A stretch of 64,000 nucleotides of DNA. Origin: an uncultured Trueperaceae bacterium. GTDB lineage: Bacteria; Deinococcota; Deinococci; Deinococcales; Trueperaceae. This document shows positions 38,228 to 47,435 of the stretch, piece by piece (within the stretch, counting starts at the first letter, position 1; every line of letters begins with the position of its first letter). The stretch covers positions 224,001 to 288,000 of the forward strand of contig CAWCXJ010000013.1 of the NCBI GenBank assembly GCA_963799485.1. Direction: 5' to 3'. The notes under the pieces are model-generated. The model was given only the letters and a program-made list of their open reading frames with translations, did no database searches and was not told where the DNA came from. The translations under genes and the position numbers were made by a program.

Positions 38228-38657
38228 CGTTCCTCCACCCCAAATGATGTCGGTTTGTTCAGGCCGGGTTGCGTGAGGTGAGGCGGAGTGCAGACCACTC
38301 CCCTCGGCCGGTTGCCAGTTCCTGTTCCGGAAACCTAAAAGAACAGAAGATGCTGCTGTCTAAGGGGTGGGGAGCCCCTCTTCTTTACCTACCTTAATCT
38401 AGGCTTAATAATCGTGGGTGTAAGATTTTTCGAATCCGGAACAGTAAGGTGAAAACTTCACATTTCGCTGTCATAAGCTGTCACAAGAGGTATATTCGCG
38501 CCAAAGTCGGGAGCAGGTCGAAGCACGACCGGGTAAAGGCGCTCAACCAAATTCGGTCACTGCCCGGTGCACTATTTGAACGGCAGGCGCGTGACGCGGC
38601 GTTAAAATCTTATCGGGGCTTTCGTAAAGCCGCTGGTCGGTGGGCTAAACTTATGAA

Positions 38658-40196
38658 GTGCCGGATTTCGATGTCATTACCGTTGGGGCGGGTCACAACG
38701 CGCTGATTACGAGCGCGTACCTCGCGCAAGCAGGCTACAAAGTAGGGGTTTTCGAGCGGCGCGACGTGGTGGGCGGCGCGGTTTCGACCAAGGAAATCGT
38801 ACCGGGCTACCAGTTCGATTTAGGCGGCAGCGCCCATATTTTAATTCGCTTGACGCCGATTGTCCAGGAGCTGGGGTTGGAGCGGTTCGGCCTCGAGTAC
38901 ATCGACATCGACCCGCTGTTTTTCGCCCCTTACGACGACGGCGAGAGCGTGTTTATCTACCGCAGTGAACAGGCGACGATAGACGGGCTCGAGCGCACCT
39001 ACCCCGGCGAGGGCGAAGCCTACAAACGCTTTATGGACGACTGGCGGCCTTTCGGTCAGGCCGTCAAAGAGCTGTTTTTAAGCACGCCGAGCCCCTTTAA
39101 CCTCGGCAAAAAGATGATTTTCGGGCGTGCGATTAAGGGCGACTGGAAACAGGCGCTTAGCAAAATCCTCAAACCTTACGGCGAAGTGGTTGACAGCTAC
39201 TTCAAAGAGGAGCGGGTCAAGACGCCTTTGGTCTGGATGGCGGCGCAGTCGGGGCCGCCGCCCTCGGAACCGTTTTCGTCGCCGTTCGTGCTGTGGCAAC
39301 CCTTGTACCACGAAGGCGGGATGGCGCGGCCCAAGGGCGGCTCGGGGATGCTGACGCAGGCGCTGGCGCGGCACATCGAAGCGCACGGCGGGCAGATTTT
39401 TACGGACGCGCCGGTCGAGAAGATTTTGGTCGAAGGAACAAAGGCCACCGGGATTGAGGTAGCTGGACAGGTCTATACAGCGCGCACAGTCGTCGCCGGG
39501 GCGCACGCCTTGGAGACCTTCGGCAAGCTCCTGCCCGAAGAACACCGCCCTGAAAGCAGCAAGAACATGCGCGTCGGCAACGGTTTCGGCGCGGTTTTAC
39601 GGCTGGCTTTAGACGCGCCCGTGCGTTATACCGCCCACCCCGGCGACGAGGCGCGGCGGGCCTTGGGTCTGTTGTGCCGCGACCGGGCGCAACTGAGCGC
39701 GGCCTACGGCGACTTTTTAGCCGGTCGGCCCGCATCCGACCCGCCGATTGTGGCGATGAGTTTTAGCGCGGTAGACGACACGCTGGCCCCGCCCGGCGGC
39801 GAAGTGTTGTGGCTCTGGGCGCAGTATTTTCCTTATGAACTGGTCAAGGGCGCACGCTGGGCCGACATCGAAGACGAGGTAGCCGAGAGCATTTTGGACG
39901 CCTATGAGGTTTACGCACCCGGAACGAAAGCGAAGGTCGTCGGCAAACTGTTTCAACACCCGGAGTGGCTCGAGCGTCACTTAGGTCTCTTCCGGGGCAA
40001 CGTCATGCATTTAGAGATGAGTTTGGATCAGATGTTCGCCCTGCGGCCCTTTCTGGGCATGGCGGAGTACAAAACGCACCTCAAAGGGCTTTACCTGACC
40101 GGCGCGAGTACGCACCCTGGGGGCGGCATCATGGGCGCGTCGGGACGCAACGCAGCGCGGGTCGTCTTAAAAGACCTCGAGAAGAAAAAGGTTTGA
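38658..40196 (+). CDS. crtO: Carotenoid ketolase CrtO (FAD-dependent, CrtI superfamily)
   Basis: GAGHNAL...[30 protein letters not shown] and [19 protein letters not shown] closely resemble Deinococcus CrtO as recalled. First gene of the carotenoid operon. Confidence 0.8.
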   Translation: MPDFDVITVGAGHNALITSAYLAQAGYKVGVFERRDVVGGAVSTKEIVPGYQFDLGGSAHILIRLTPIVQELGLERFGLEYIDIDPLFFAPYDDGESVFIYRSEQATIDGLERTYPGEGEAYKRFMDDWRPFGQAVKELFLSTPSPFNLGKKMIFGRAIKGDWKQALSKILKPYGEVVDSYFKEERVKTPLVWMAAQSGPPPSEPFSSPFVLWQPLYHEGGMARPKGGSGMLTQALARHIEAHGGQIFTDAPVEKILVEGTKATGIEVAGQVYTARTVVAGAHALETFGKLLPEEHRPESSKNMRVGNGFGAVLRLALDAPVRYTAHPGDEARRALGLLCRDRAQLSAAYGDFLAGRPASDPPIVAMSFSAVDDTLAPPGGEVLWLWAQYFPYELVKGARWADIEDEVAESILDAYEVYAPGTKAKVVGKLFQHPEWLERHLGLFRGNVMHLEMSLDQMFALRPFLGMAEYKTHLKGLYLTGASTHPGGGIMGASGRNAARVVLKDLEKKKV

Positions 40197-40200
40197 GCCG

Positions 40201-40614
40201 GTGAGCCGTTACGCCGTAAAAATGCAAACTCCGAGTGTCGAAGATTACATTTGCATTCGCCTCGCTGCCGGACTCAGCCGCAAAACTGAAGCAGCGGCGA
40301 CGATTGGCCTGAAGAATTCGCTTTTTGCCGTTACGGTTTTTTACGGCGCTGAAAGGGTTGGCGTAGGCCGGGTGATCGGTGACGGCGGCTGTTTTTTTGA
40401 AATCGTCGATATTGCCGTTTTGCCCGAGTATCAAGGGAAGGGCGTCGGCAAAAGCATCATGGACGCGCTTATGGTCTATATCCGCGAACACGCGCCCAAA
40501 AGCGCCTATGTAAGCCTGATGGCGGATCACGGCACGCCTGACTTTTACGCGAAGTTCGGCTTTCGTAAAGCCGAAGCGCCTCACGCGGCGGGCATGTACC
40601 TGCGCGTCTCGTGA
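40201..40614 (+). CDS. GNAT family acetyltransferase
   Basis: [26 protein letters not shown] and FYAKFGF motifs. Confidence 0.92.
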   Translation: MSRYAVKMQTPSVEDYICIRLAAGLSRKTEAAATIGLKNSLFAVTVFYGAERVGVGRVIGDGGCFFEIVDIAVLPEYQGKGVGKSIMDALMVYIREHAPKSAYVSLMADHGTPDFYAKFGFRKAEAPHAAGMYLRVS

Positions 40615-40629
40615 CCCACTCGTAATTCG

Positions 40630-42081
40630 ATGACCTACTTGCAATTCCACTTCGTTTTTATCTTGCCGCCGCTGCTTTTACTTGCGCTGCTGACGTGGCG
40701 TTCTTGGCGGCGGGGACAGGTGGCCCAGGCCGGACTCGTCGCCCTTGGTGTTCACGTCCTCTTGGCCCTCGTCTACACGACGCCGTGGGATAACCTGCTG
40801 GTGGCGCGCGGCGTGTGGGGTTACGGCGAAAACCGGGTGCTCTTTACGCTCGGCTTTGTGCCGTTTGAAGAGTATCTGTTTTTTATCTTGCAAACGCTGC
40901 TGACGGGGTTGTGGGTGCTGCTTTTGCGCCGCCGTCACCGGGTCGGTAATCTGGTCAATCATCCGGTTGATGTCCCGGTACCTGAATCCCGGAAAACCGC
41001 CGTCCGCCTTGTCGGGGCGCTGGTATGGCTCGGTTTGGCAGCGGCGGGCGTGCTGGCTTTGACGACGCCGCGCGGGTTCTATTTCGGGATGATTGCGGCG
41101 TGGGCTGCGCCGATTCTGGCGCTTCAGTGGGGTTTCGGCGGCGACCTGCTGTTACGGCGACCTTACGTTCTACTCGCCGGATTCCTGGTACCGACGCTCT
41201 ATCTGTGGGTAGCCGACCGTCTGGCGCTGGGTCTGGATATCTGGTGGATTTCACCGGAACTCTCATCGAATCTGGCGATTTTCGGGCTGCCCGTCGAAGA
41301 AGCGCTCTTTTTTCTGCTGACGAACCTGCTGGTCGTTTTCGGGCTGACGCTGGCTTTGGAACCCGCGGCGATGGCGCGTCTGCGCGCCCTCCGCACGCTC
41401 AGCCCGTGGCGTTTCGTGTTGGGCTTGTGGGCGCTCTCGATGGTGCCGACGCCGCTCTTTCCGGATTATTTTGCGGCGCTGGCTTATCTCAGCACCGGCC
41501 TTCTGACGCTCGGCGTGTTCGGGTACGCGCTGTCGCGTTACGCTCACAAAGCCTGGCTGCTGTTTACGGCGGCCTTCGGCTTTGGGCTGCTGGTCGAATG
41601 GGTCGGATACACGACCGGCGTCCCGTTCGGCGCTTACGACTACACTGCGCCGGGGCCGCAGCTTTTGGGGGTGCCGCTGCTGGTGCCGCTCGGCTGGTTT
41701 GCGTTTGCCTTGATCGGCCTCGAGCTCTCCCCGCCCGGCAGCAAACGCTGGCTCGCGCCGCTGGCTTTGGTCGCCTGGGACGTGGGGCTCGACCCGCTGA
41801 TGGTTTCGCAGGGGTTCTGGGAGTTTGACCGGGGTGGGTACTACGGCATCCCGCTGAGCAATTTTCTGGGCTGGTTCGTCGCCGGAGCCGTGCTCGTGAC
41901 GCTGCTGGGGTGGCTCGAGCCCCGTCTGCTGCAAAACACTTCGCCCGACTTACGCGCCGTGTTTTGGGCGCAGGCATTTCTTATCAGCGTCGGGCTGCTA
42001 TTTTACGGCCTGCCGTGGGCGGCGTTGGCGGCGTTTGTAGCGATGGGGTCGGTGGGGCTGTTGGCAAGCCGGGTTTTATGA
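40630..42081 (+). CDS. Membrane lycopene cyclase (tandem CrtYc/Yd-type domains) fused to CruF-like carotenoid 1,2-hydratase
   Basis: TYLQFHFVF, YTTPWDN...WGY, VPFEEYLFF and LPVEEALFF cyclase repeats, then a CruF/DUF422 region: EWVGYTTGVPFGAYDY, GVPLLVPLGW, WDVGLDP, GIPLSNFLGW. Confidence 0.82.
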   Translation: MTYLQFHFVFILPPLLLLALLTWRSWRRGQVAQAGLVALGVHVLLALVYTTPWDNLLVARGVWGYGENRVLFTLGFVPFEEYLFFILQTLLTGLWVLLLRRRHRVGNLVNHPVDVPVPESRKTAVRLVGALVWLGLAAAGVLALTTPRGFYFGMIAAWAAPILALQWGFGGDLLLRRPYVLLAGFLVPTLYLWVADRLALGLDIWWISPELSSNLAIFGLPVEEALFFLLTNLLVVFGLTLALEPAAMARLRALRTLSPWRFVLGLWALSMVPTPLFPDYFAALAYLSTGLLTLGVFGYALSRYAHKAWLLFTAAFGFGLLVEWVGYTTGVPFGAYDYTAPGPQLLGVPLLVPLGWFAFALIGLELSPPGSKRWLAPLALVAWDVGLDPLMVSQGFWEFDRGGYYGIPLSNFLGWFVAGAVLVTLLGWLEPRLLQNTSPDLRAVFWAQAFLISVGLLFYGLPWAALAAFVAMGSVGLLASRVL

Positions 42082-42779
42082 ACGCCTACTTTGCTTCGCT
42101 TGCGGCGCGTTTACGGGCACGGCTGACGGCGCTGATCGCCTGGAGCTTGCCCTTTTTGATCCGCCGCTCGTTAGCCCGTGATCTGCACGGCGTTTACGCT
42201 AAAGGCGACTGGAACGGCCTCTCGCCGGGTGGCGCAGTGTTGGCGGCGAACCATCACAGCTGGTGGGACGCGTATCTGGCGTGGTTTATCGGACAAAAGC
42301 TGAGGCGGCCTCTAAGCGGCTTGATGCTTCCTGAGACCTTGGGGCAGTTCCCCTTTTTTCGCCAGCTTGGGGCCGTACCGACGACCGAACTGCGCGAAGC
42401 GCTCCGGCGTTTACAACGTGGCGAACTTTTGGTTGTGTTTCCTGAAGGCGAGCTGCGCTCAGCCGGGTACGTGGAAGTTTTGCAACCGGGTTTGGGGTTT
42501 CTGGCGTCGCGCGCCGCCGTGCCGGTCTATCCGGTGGCGATTCGCGCGGTGCTGCGCGGGGCGCAGCGCCCGGAAGTATTTATTATTTTAGGGGACGCGG
42601 TCGCTCCGGAAGAGGTGGCGGGGGCGCTGAACGGGCTTTTGGCGGGGTTGGGGCGTGAGCTGGCCCAAGCCAACCCTGAAAAACCGCTGCCGGGGTTTGT
42701 GTGCTGGCGCGGCGGCGCAGCGAGTACGAACGAACAGGCCGCCTGGGTAGGTAAACTACTCGGCAGGAGGGCGAGATGA
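42078..42779 (+). CDS. PlsC-type acyltransferase (CruD-like carotenoid glucoside acyltransferase)
   Basis: ANHHSWWD and VFPEGE motifs. ATG 42078 overlaps the upstream stop codon. Confidence 0.85.
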   Translation: MNAYFASLAARLRARLTALIAWSLPFLIRRSLARDLHGVYAKGDWNGLSPGGAVLAANHHSWWDAYLAWFIGQKLRRPLSGLMLPETLGQFPFFRQLGAVPTTELREALRRLQRGELLVVFPEGELRSAGYVEVLQPGLGFLASRAAVPVYPVAIRAVLRGAQRPEVFIILGDAVAPEEVAGALNGLLAGLGRELAQANPEKPLPGFVCWRGGAASTNEQAAWVGKLLGRRAR

Positions 42780-43882
42780 GCTTATTCGGTTGGCTGGTGT
42801 GGGGGTTGGTAACGCTGGCGGTCACGGCGCAACTCGCCGTGCTTCTGGTCAACACCTTTACCTTTCCTGTTTTAACTCCTCCGCAGCGTGCGCCGGAACA
42901 GGGCCGCCGCGTTTCGCTGCTCGTCCCGGCCCGGAACGAAGCCGTCAACCTCAGCGAAACGCTGCCGCTGCTGCTCGCGCAAGGCGCGGATGAGATACTG
43001 ATTTTGAACGACGACTCGGAAGATGAGACGGCGCAGGTCGTCGCTGAATCCGGCGTCAGATGTATAAGCGGCAAACCCTTGCCGCCCGGTTGGACGGGTA
43101 AAAACTGGGCCTGCTGGCAACTCGCGCAAAAAGCCAGCGGTGACATTCTGGTTTTCACCGACGCCGACGTATCGTGGGAACCGGGGGCGCTGGCGTCACT
43201 TTTAGTGTTCGCCGAACACGGCGACGCGGTTTACGCGAGCGTCTGGCCCCGGCAACGTACCGAAACACTCTTTGAACGCCTCAGCGTCCCGGTGATCGAC
43301 CTCGTGCTGCTCGGCCTCTTACCGTATCCACTTGTGCAGCGCACGACCGACGCCGCGTTTTCAGCGGGCAACGGGCAGTGCATGATGTGGACGCGGAGCG
43401 CTTACTTGCAGGTCGGCGGGCACGCGGCTTTCAAGGACGAAGTGTTAGAAGACGTAAAGATGGGGCAATACGCCAAGGGGCGCGGCCTCAAAACGGTGCT
43501 GGCTTTGGGCGGTGAGCTTTTGAGCGTGCGGATGTACCGGACGCGGGGGGAACTCTTGGAGGGTTTCTCGAAAAATATTCTGGCGGCGCATCAGGGCAGC
43601 CGCACTTTGCTGCTGTTGTCGCTCGTACTCAACACCCTGATGTACACGCTCTCGTGGTTCCTGACCTTGTTGAACCCGCTCTGGCTTATTCCGGCGGCGC
43701 TCGGGCTGTTTCAACGTGCTTTAACGTCTTACAAAACGCACCGGAGCCCGCTCGAGGCATTTTTGCAACCGTTCGTCTTCGTCCCGCTCTGGCAGATTGG
43801 TTTACGGGCACTTAGACATAAAGGTTATCGTTGGAAAGGTCGTTTTTACGGCGACGCCGAAACCTCTGAAGCACATGACTAA
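42776..43882 (+). CDS. GT2 glycosyltransferase (CruC-like carotenoid glucosyltransferase)
   Basis: VPARNE, LPPGWTGKNWAC, FTDAD, AGNGQC, LEDV, RMY and WKGR motifs, plus operon context. Confidence 0.85.
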   Translation: MSLFGWLVWGLVTLAVTAQLAVLLVNTFTFPVLTPPQRAPEQGRRVSLLVPARNEAVNLSETLPLLLAQGADEILILNDDSEDETAQVVAESGVRCISGKPLPPGWTGKNWACWQLAQKASGDILVFTDADVSWEPGALASLLVFAEHGDAVYASVWPRQRTETLFERLSVPVIDLVLLGLLPYPLVQRTTDAAFSAGNGQCMMWTRSAYLQVGGHAAFKDEVLEDVKMGQYAKGRGLKTVLALGGELLSVRMYRTRGELLEGFSKNILAAHQGSRTLLLLSLVLNTLMYTLSWFLTLLNPLWLIPAALGLFQRALTSYKTHRSPLEAFLQPFVFVPLWQIGLRALRHKGYRWKGRFYGDAETSEAHD

Positions 43883-45308
43883 ATCACTTAAACCCCAGAC
43901 GGCGCTGGTTTTGGGCGGCGGCTTTGCCGGACTGTCGGCGGCGCTCGAGTTAACCCTCAGCGGCGTTCAGGTCACGCTGCTAGAGCAACTTGACGAAGTA
44001 GGCGGTAAAGCCGGTGAGTTCACCGACGGCGGCTTTCGTTTCGACCTCGGCCCGAGCGTCTGGACTTTGCCCGAACTCGTCACCGATTTGTTCGTGCGGG
44101 CCGGGGCGACGCCGCCGGAGTTTAGGCCGCTGTCGCCCCTGTGCCGCTACATCTACTCGTCCGGGCGCGTTTGGGACGTGTCTTTAGACGCTGAACAAAC
44201 CGCCGCGCAGTTGTCCGACGCAGAAGCCGAGGCGTTTTACCGGTTGAGAGATGAGGCCCGCCTGCTTTACGAAGCGGCTGCCCCGACGTTTTTATTCGGG
44301 CAATCGCCGGGACTCAAAGAACTGGCACGTTACGGCCTTTCGGCTGGACTTAAGGCCCATCCGGGCAAACGCCTTCCGGCGTTGTTACGGCAATTTGGCG
44401 CAACCGGCGACTTGGAGACCTTCTTTTTACGGTTCGCGACTTACTTCGGCGCCGACCCCTACCGCGCCCCGGCGGTGCTGCACAACATCGCCTGGGTCGA
44501 ACTCGGCAAAGGGGTGTTTTATCCGGTCGGCGGCATCAAAGGGGTGGTGCGGCAGCTCCGGGCGTTAGCGGAAAAGCTGGGCGTCGAGGTCTGCACGAAT
44601 GTTACGGTGACGCGGCTCTGCACCTCGGGGTCTAAAATTACGCAGGTTGAAACGGACGCCGGAGATTTTACGGCGAACGTCACCGTGTCGGGTCTGGACG
44701 TTATCCGCACACATCAACTACTCGGTAAAGTAAAAGGGGAGAGGCTCGAGCCCTCCTTGTCCGGTTTCGTCTTGTTGCTGGGTCTAGACGCTGAAACGCC
44801 CGGTCTGGCCCATCACAACATCTCGTTTCCGGCGGACTACCGCGCCGAATTCGAAGCGGTGCGGCGCGGCAAGCTTGCCGACGACCCGACGCTCTACATT
44901 TCCATCAGCAGTAAAACCGAGCGTAACGACGCGCCGCCGGGGTGTGAAAACTGGTTCGTGCTGGTCAACGCGCCTGCACTCTCGGCAGAGCGTCCGCTGG
45001 ATTGGGAACGCGAGGCTCCGCACTATGCTGGGCATGTGCTCGCGGTTTTAGCGCGGCGTGGGTTGGACGTGCGTGAACGTATCCGGGTACAAAAGACCTT
45101 TTCTCCGGCATATCTGGGCCGCCTTGCCCACCGGGGCGCGATTTACGGCGCTGCGCCGCATTCGCTCCTCCAGACGATTCGGCCCGGGCAGACCGTAAAA
45201 GGTGTTAAGAATCTGGTGCTGGCGGGGGGGACGGTGCATCCGGGAGGCGGGATTCCGTTGGCGCTGTTATCCGGAAAGCACGCAGCGGCGCTTGCTTTGA
45301 GCATGTGA
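43875..45308 (+). CDS. CrtI/CrtD-family carotenoid desaturase (probably CrtD 3',4'-desaturase)
   Basis: GGGFAGLSAA, GFRFDLGPS, FATYFGADPYRAP, APPGCENWFVLVNAP and GGTVHPGGGIPL motifs. Start ATG 43875. Confidence 0.85.
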   Translation: MTKSLKPQTALVLGGGFAGLSAALELTLSGVQVTLLEQLDEVGGKAGEFTDGGFRFDLGPSVWTLPELVTDLFVRAGATPPEFRPLSPLCRYIYSSGRVWDVSLDAEQTAAQLSDAEAEAFYRLRDEARLLYEAAAPTFLFGQSPGLKELARYGLSAGLKAHPGKRLPALLRQFGATGDLETFFLRFATYFGADPYRAPAVLHNIAWVELGKGVFYPVGGIKGVVRQLRALAEKLGVEVCTNVTVTRLCTSGSKITQVETDAGDFTANVTVSGLDVIRTHQLLGKVKGERLEPSLSGFVLLLGLDAETPGLAHHNISFPADYRAEFEAVRRGKLADDPTLYISISSKTERNDAPPGCENWFVLVNAPALSAERPLDWEREAPHYAGHVLAVLARRGLDVRERIRVQKTFSPAYLGRLAHRGAIYGAAPHSLLQTIRPGQTVKGVKNLVLAGGTVHPGGGIPLALLSGKHAAALALSM

Positions 45309-45631
45309 TACACCTTATCGCCTTTGGAGGAGAGTTCTCTGGGCCGGAAATGAACTAGGCTCTACAGCTAAACTTCAATGCAAAAGTGAGGTTGTTTGCC
45401 AAAGTCGTCATAAATTACGTTTCTCAAAGCCCCGAAAAGGTTACCTTGGACGGTCGAGCCGTAAAGTTCAGCGGTGCAAAATAACGCCGTGCGGGTGAGC
45501 TACCAAGATGATGGGGAGCGGCACGCGCTCGAGCTGAGTATTTAAGACAGCGATATAAGACAATCCGCTACCGGGCAAATGCCAAATAATTACCAGCCGG
45601 GTTGCTTCTTTTTGCTTATGGTAGAACTCTT

Positions 45632-46048
45632 ATGCCGCGAGTATTTCAAGAAATTGCTTACGAAAGCCTGAACGCAAGGCAAAAGGAGAGCTACAATTTC
45701 CAAAAGTTTTCTGCTGTGCTTGCCGATTACGGCTTTATCACCATCAAGTTGAGCGATGATTGGCACGGTGCGGATTTTATCGCGCAACATCTACACGGCG
45801 AAACTCTAAAAGTTCAATTGAAAGGCCGACTCACATTCCACAAAAAATATCAAGGCAAAGACTTGTGGCTTTGCTTTCGTGAAGACAACGAATGGTATTT
45901 TTATCCGCATGATGAATTGTCGGAGAGATTCTTAGCGGAAACGAACATTGGAAACACGGAATCTTGGGTGAAGTATGGCAGTTACTCGTTTTCTTATCTT
46001 TCCCAACAGCGTAAGAAGATGCTCGAGCCTTACCGATTTGTGGAGTGA
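45632..46048 (+). CDS. Hypothetical protein, PD-(D/E)xK nuclease-like
   Basis: Helix E..F.....L..YGF, then GADFIA and KVQLKGR, which fit a D-(x)n-QxK catalytic pattern. AT-richer than its neighbours. Confidence 0.6.
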   Translation: MPRVFQEIAYESLNARQKESYNFQKFSAVLADYGFITIKLSDDWHGADFIAQHLHGETLKVQLKGRLTFHKKYQGKDLWLCFREDNEWYFYPHDELSERFLAETNIGNTESWVKYGSYSFSYLSQQRKKMLEPYRFVE

Positions 46049-46410
46049 ATCGTATGGACAGAATCGAGAAGGCGTTTGCCGATTACTTCGAGCCTTGGAG
46101 CCTTGTCTTACCCGAGGGGGCGACGGCTGAAGAAAAGCCCGGTGTCGTCGTCGGGGAAGGCTGGCACATTCGCTACATATTCGGGAGCGATGAGCAGGGC
46201 ACATACTTGGATTTTCTCGCCAGCCACCGCATGACAAACGAGCGCCACATTCGTCTACGTGCCAGCGGGAAAGTTGAAGGACTTCCTGCGATACGGGAGG
46301 GGTACGTGTGGAACGGCACTGAGGAAGACCGGCAGCGCGCCGAGGCCGAGTACCTTGCATACAACCGTCAGATTGGCGAGATGCTACGCGAGAAGGGTTT
46401 GACAGACTGA
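46045..46410 (+). CDS. Hypothetical protein
   Basis: 121 aa with a GTGA overlap to the upstream gene. Contains YLDFLASHRMTNERH. Confidence 0.7.
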   Translation: MNRMDRIEKAFADYFEPWSLVLPEGATAEEKPGVVVGEGWHIRYIFGSDEQGTYLDFLASHRMTNERHIRLRASGKVEGLPAIREGYVWNGTEEDRQRAEAEYLAYNRQIGEMLREKGLTD

Positions 46411-46465
46411 CTTCAGTGCTCAGGTAGGCCAAGCCGCTGCTGCACCTCGCTCCAAGTAAGCCTAT

Positions 46466-46714
46466 TTAGCTCTCATCATCTGGAAGCTCGAGTATTTTTT
46501 CTTCGGTCTCAGCTACGTCTTCAGCGTCCATCCCAAGTTGCCGCGCCTGAGCTAGCGTGTAACCCAAAAGGTCACTATGTTCTTCGCTGTTCGAAGGGAG
46601 CGTTTTAAGCTGTTGCCAAGACGCAAGATAAGCCTGGGCGTTTTCAGCCAGCTCATCCAGCAGAAATGTTCTGTGCTCGACTAGACTGTCCAGATTTTCA
46701 GCCGTGCTGCTCAC
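46466..46714 (-). CDS. Small acidic helical protein (module 2 partner; putative antitoxin/immunity)
   Basis: 82 aa, paralogous to 46944..47189, with a GTGA overlap to 46711..46905. Confidence 0.75.
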   Translation of the reverse strand: MSSTAENLDSLVEHRTFLLDELAENAQAYLASWQQLKTLPSNSEEHSDLLGYTLAQARQLGMDAEDVAETEEKILELPDDES

Positions 46715-46905
46715 TTTCCACCTCCGGGTAGTCTGGCTGCAAGTCTAGCGTAAATGCGTGCGTGTTTGGCAATGTCAGCTTGCCATTTCTCAATCGCGCG
46801 GCGGCTGGGATAGGTCTCGAGGTCATCCGCAATCTTTTTTTCGTGGACGGCAATCTGCTTGAGTTCACCTGCCAGCTGTTTGCAAGTATTTTTGTTCGTT
46901 CCCAC
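46711..46905 (-). CDS. Small basic helical protein (module 2; putative toxin)
   Basis: 64 aa, 33 identities to 47186..47383 by manual alignment. TAGACT 6 nt upstream of the GTG. Confidence 0.78.
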   Translation of the reverse strand: MGTNKNTCKQLAGELKQIAVHEKKIADDLETYPSRRAIEKWQADIAKHARIYARLAARLPGGGK

Positions 46906-46943
46906 AAGTACAGTCTAGCAAGGCGTATGCGCCGCAAACTATT

Positions 46944-47189
46944 TCACTCTGGTTGCGCATCGTCATCTTGAAGGTCGTCGGTACACGTGTCCATCGCCTC
47001 GATAACGTCTTCAGTATCCATGTGGACTTGCTGAACGTAAGCGTACATCGTTCCTAGCAGCGTATCCGCCTCTTCGCTTTCCGGGGGCAGCGCCTCGAGC
47101 TTCTGAGCCAGCTCGAGATAATCCCGGCTGCTACCGGAAAGATGTCTGAGCAGCATCTTTATCCGCCTGGTTTCGACAACTTGACTCAT
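46944..47189 (-). CDS. Small acidic helical protein (module 1 partner; putative antitoxin/immunity)
   Basis: 81 aa sharing LP..SEE...LLG and MD.EDV.E with 46466..46714. ATGA overlap with the upstream gene. Confidence 0.75.
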   Translation of the reverse strand: MSQVVETRRIKMLLRHLSGSSRDYLELAQKLEALPPESEEADTLLGTMYAYVQQVHMDTEDVIEAMDTCTDDLQDDDAQPE

Positions 47190-47383
47190 TTTTTCCTTCC
47201 CGGCAGCTTTGCCTCGAGCTTGGTCTTAATACGTTCGTGGCGAGCAATGTCTTGCTGCCACTTAGAGATATCTTGACGGCTCGGATAGGGTTTGGCAAGT
47301 TCCGCCGCAATCTTTTTTCGGTGTTCTAAGATGACTTGAACCTCGCTCTGAATCTGATTGCGAAGGCGCTTATTCTTTCCCAC
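47186..47383 (-). CDS. Small basic helical protein (module 1; putative toxin)
   Basis: 65 aa with IxEHxKKI, YPSR and KWQxDI motifs. TAGAAT 6 nt upstream of the GTG. Confidence 0.78.
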   Translation of the reverse strand: MGKNKRLRNQIQSEVQVILEHRKKIAAELAKPYPSRQDISKWQQDIARHERIKTKLEAKLPGRKK

Positions 47384-47435
47384 TCGTACATTCTAAAACG
47401 AAGCCTATAGAAAGAAAGCCTGTTTTCTAGACAGA

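Noticed and set aside
38228..38400. Possible c-di-GMP or c-di-AMP riboswitch in the lipoprotein leader
   Set aside because: Some hairpins are present, but the conserved cores of these riboswitch classes could not be matched.
38468..38484. CTGTCAT-AAG-CTGTCAC, Pho-box-like repeat upstream of crtO
   Set aside because: The period is 10 bp rather than the canonical 11, and it does not fit the CarH/LitR TnnACA repeat either. Left unassigned.
41025..41977. Long overlapping alternative ORFs (e.g. 41025..41828, 41263..41934; also 12010..12639, 33382..34020, 52583..53221)
   Set aside because: These are Arg/Pro-rich shadow frames of well-supported genes, as expected in high-GC DNA.
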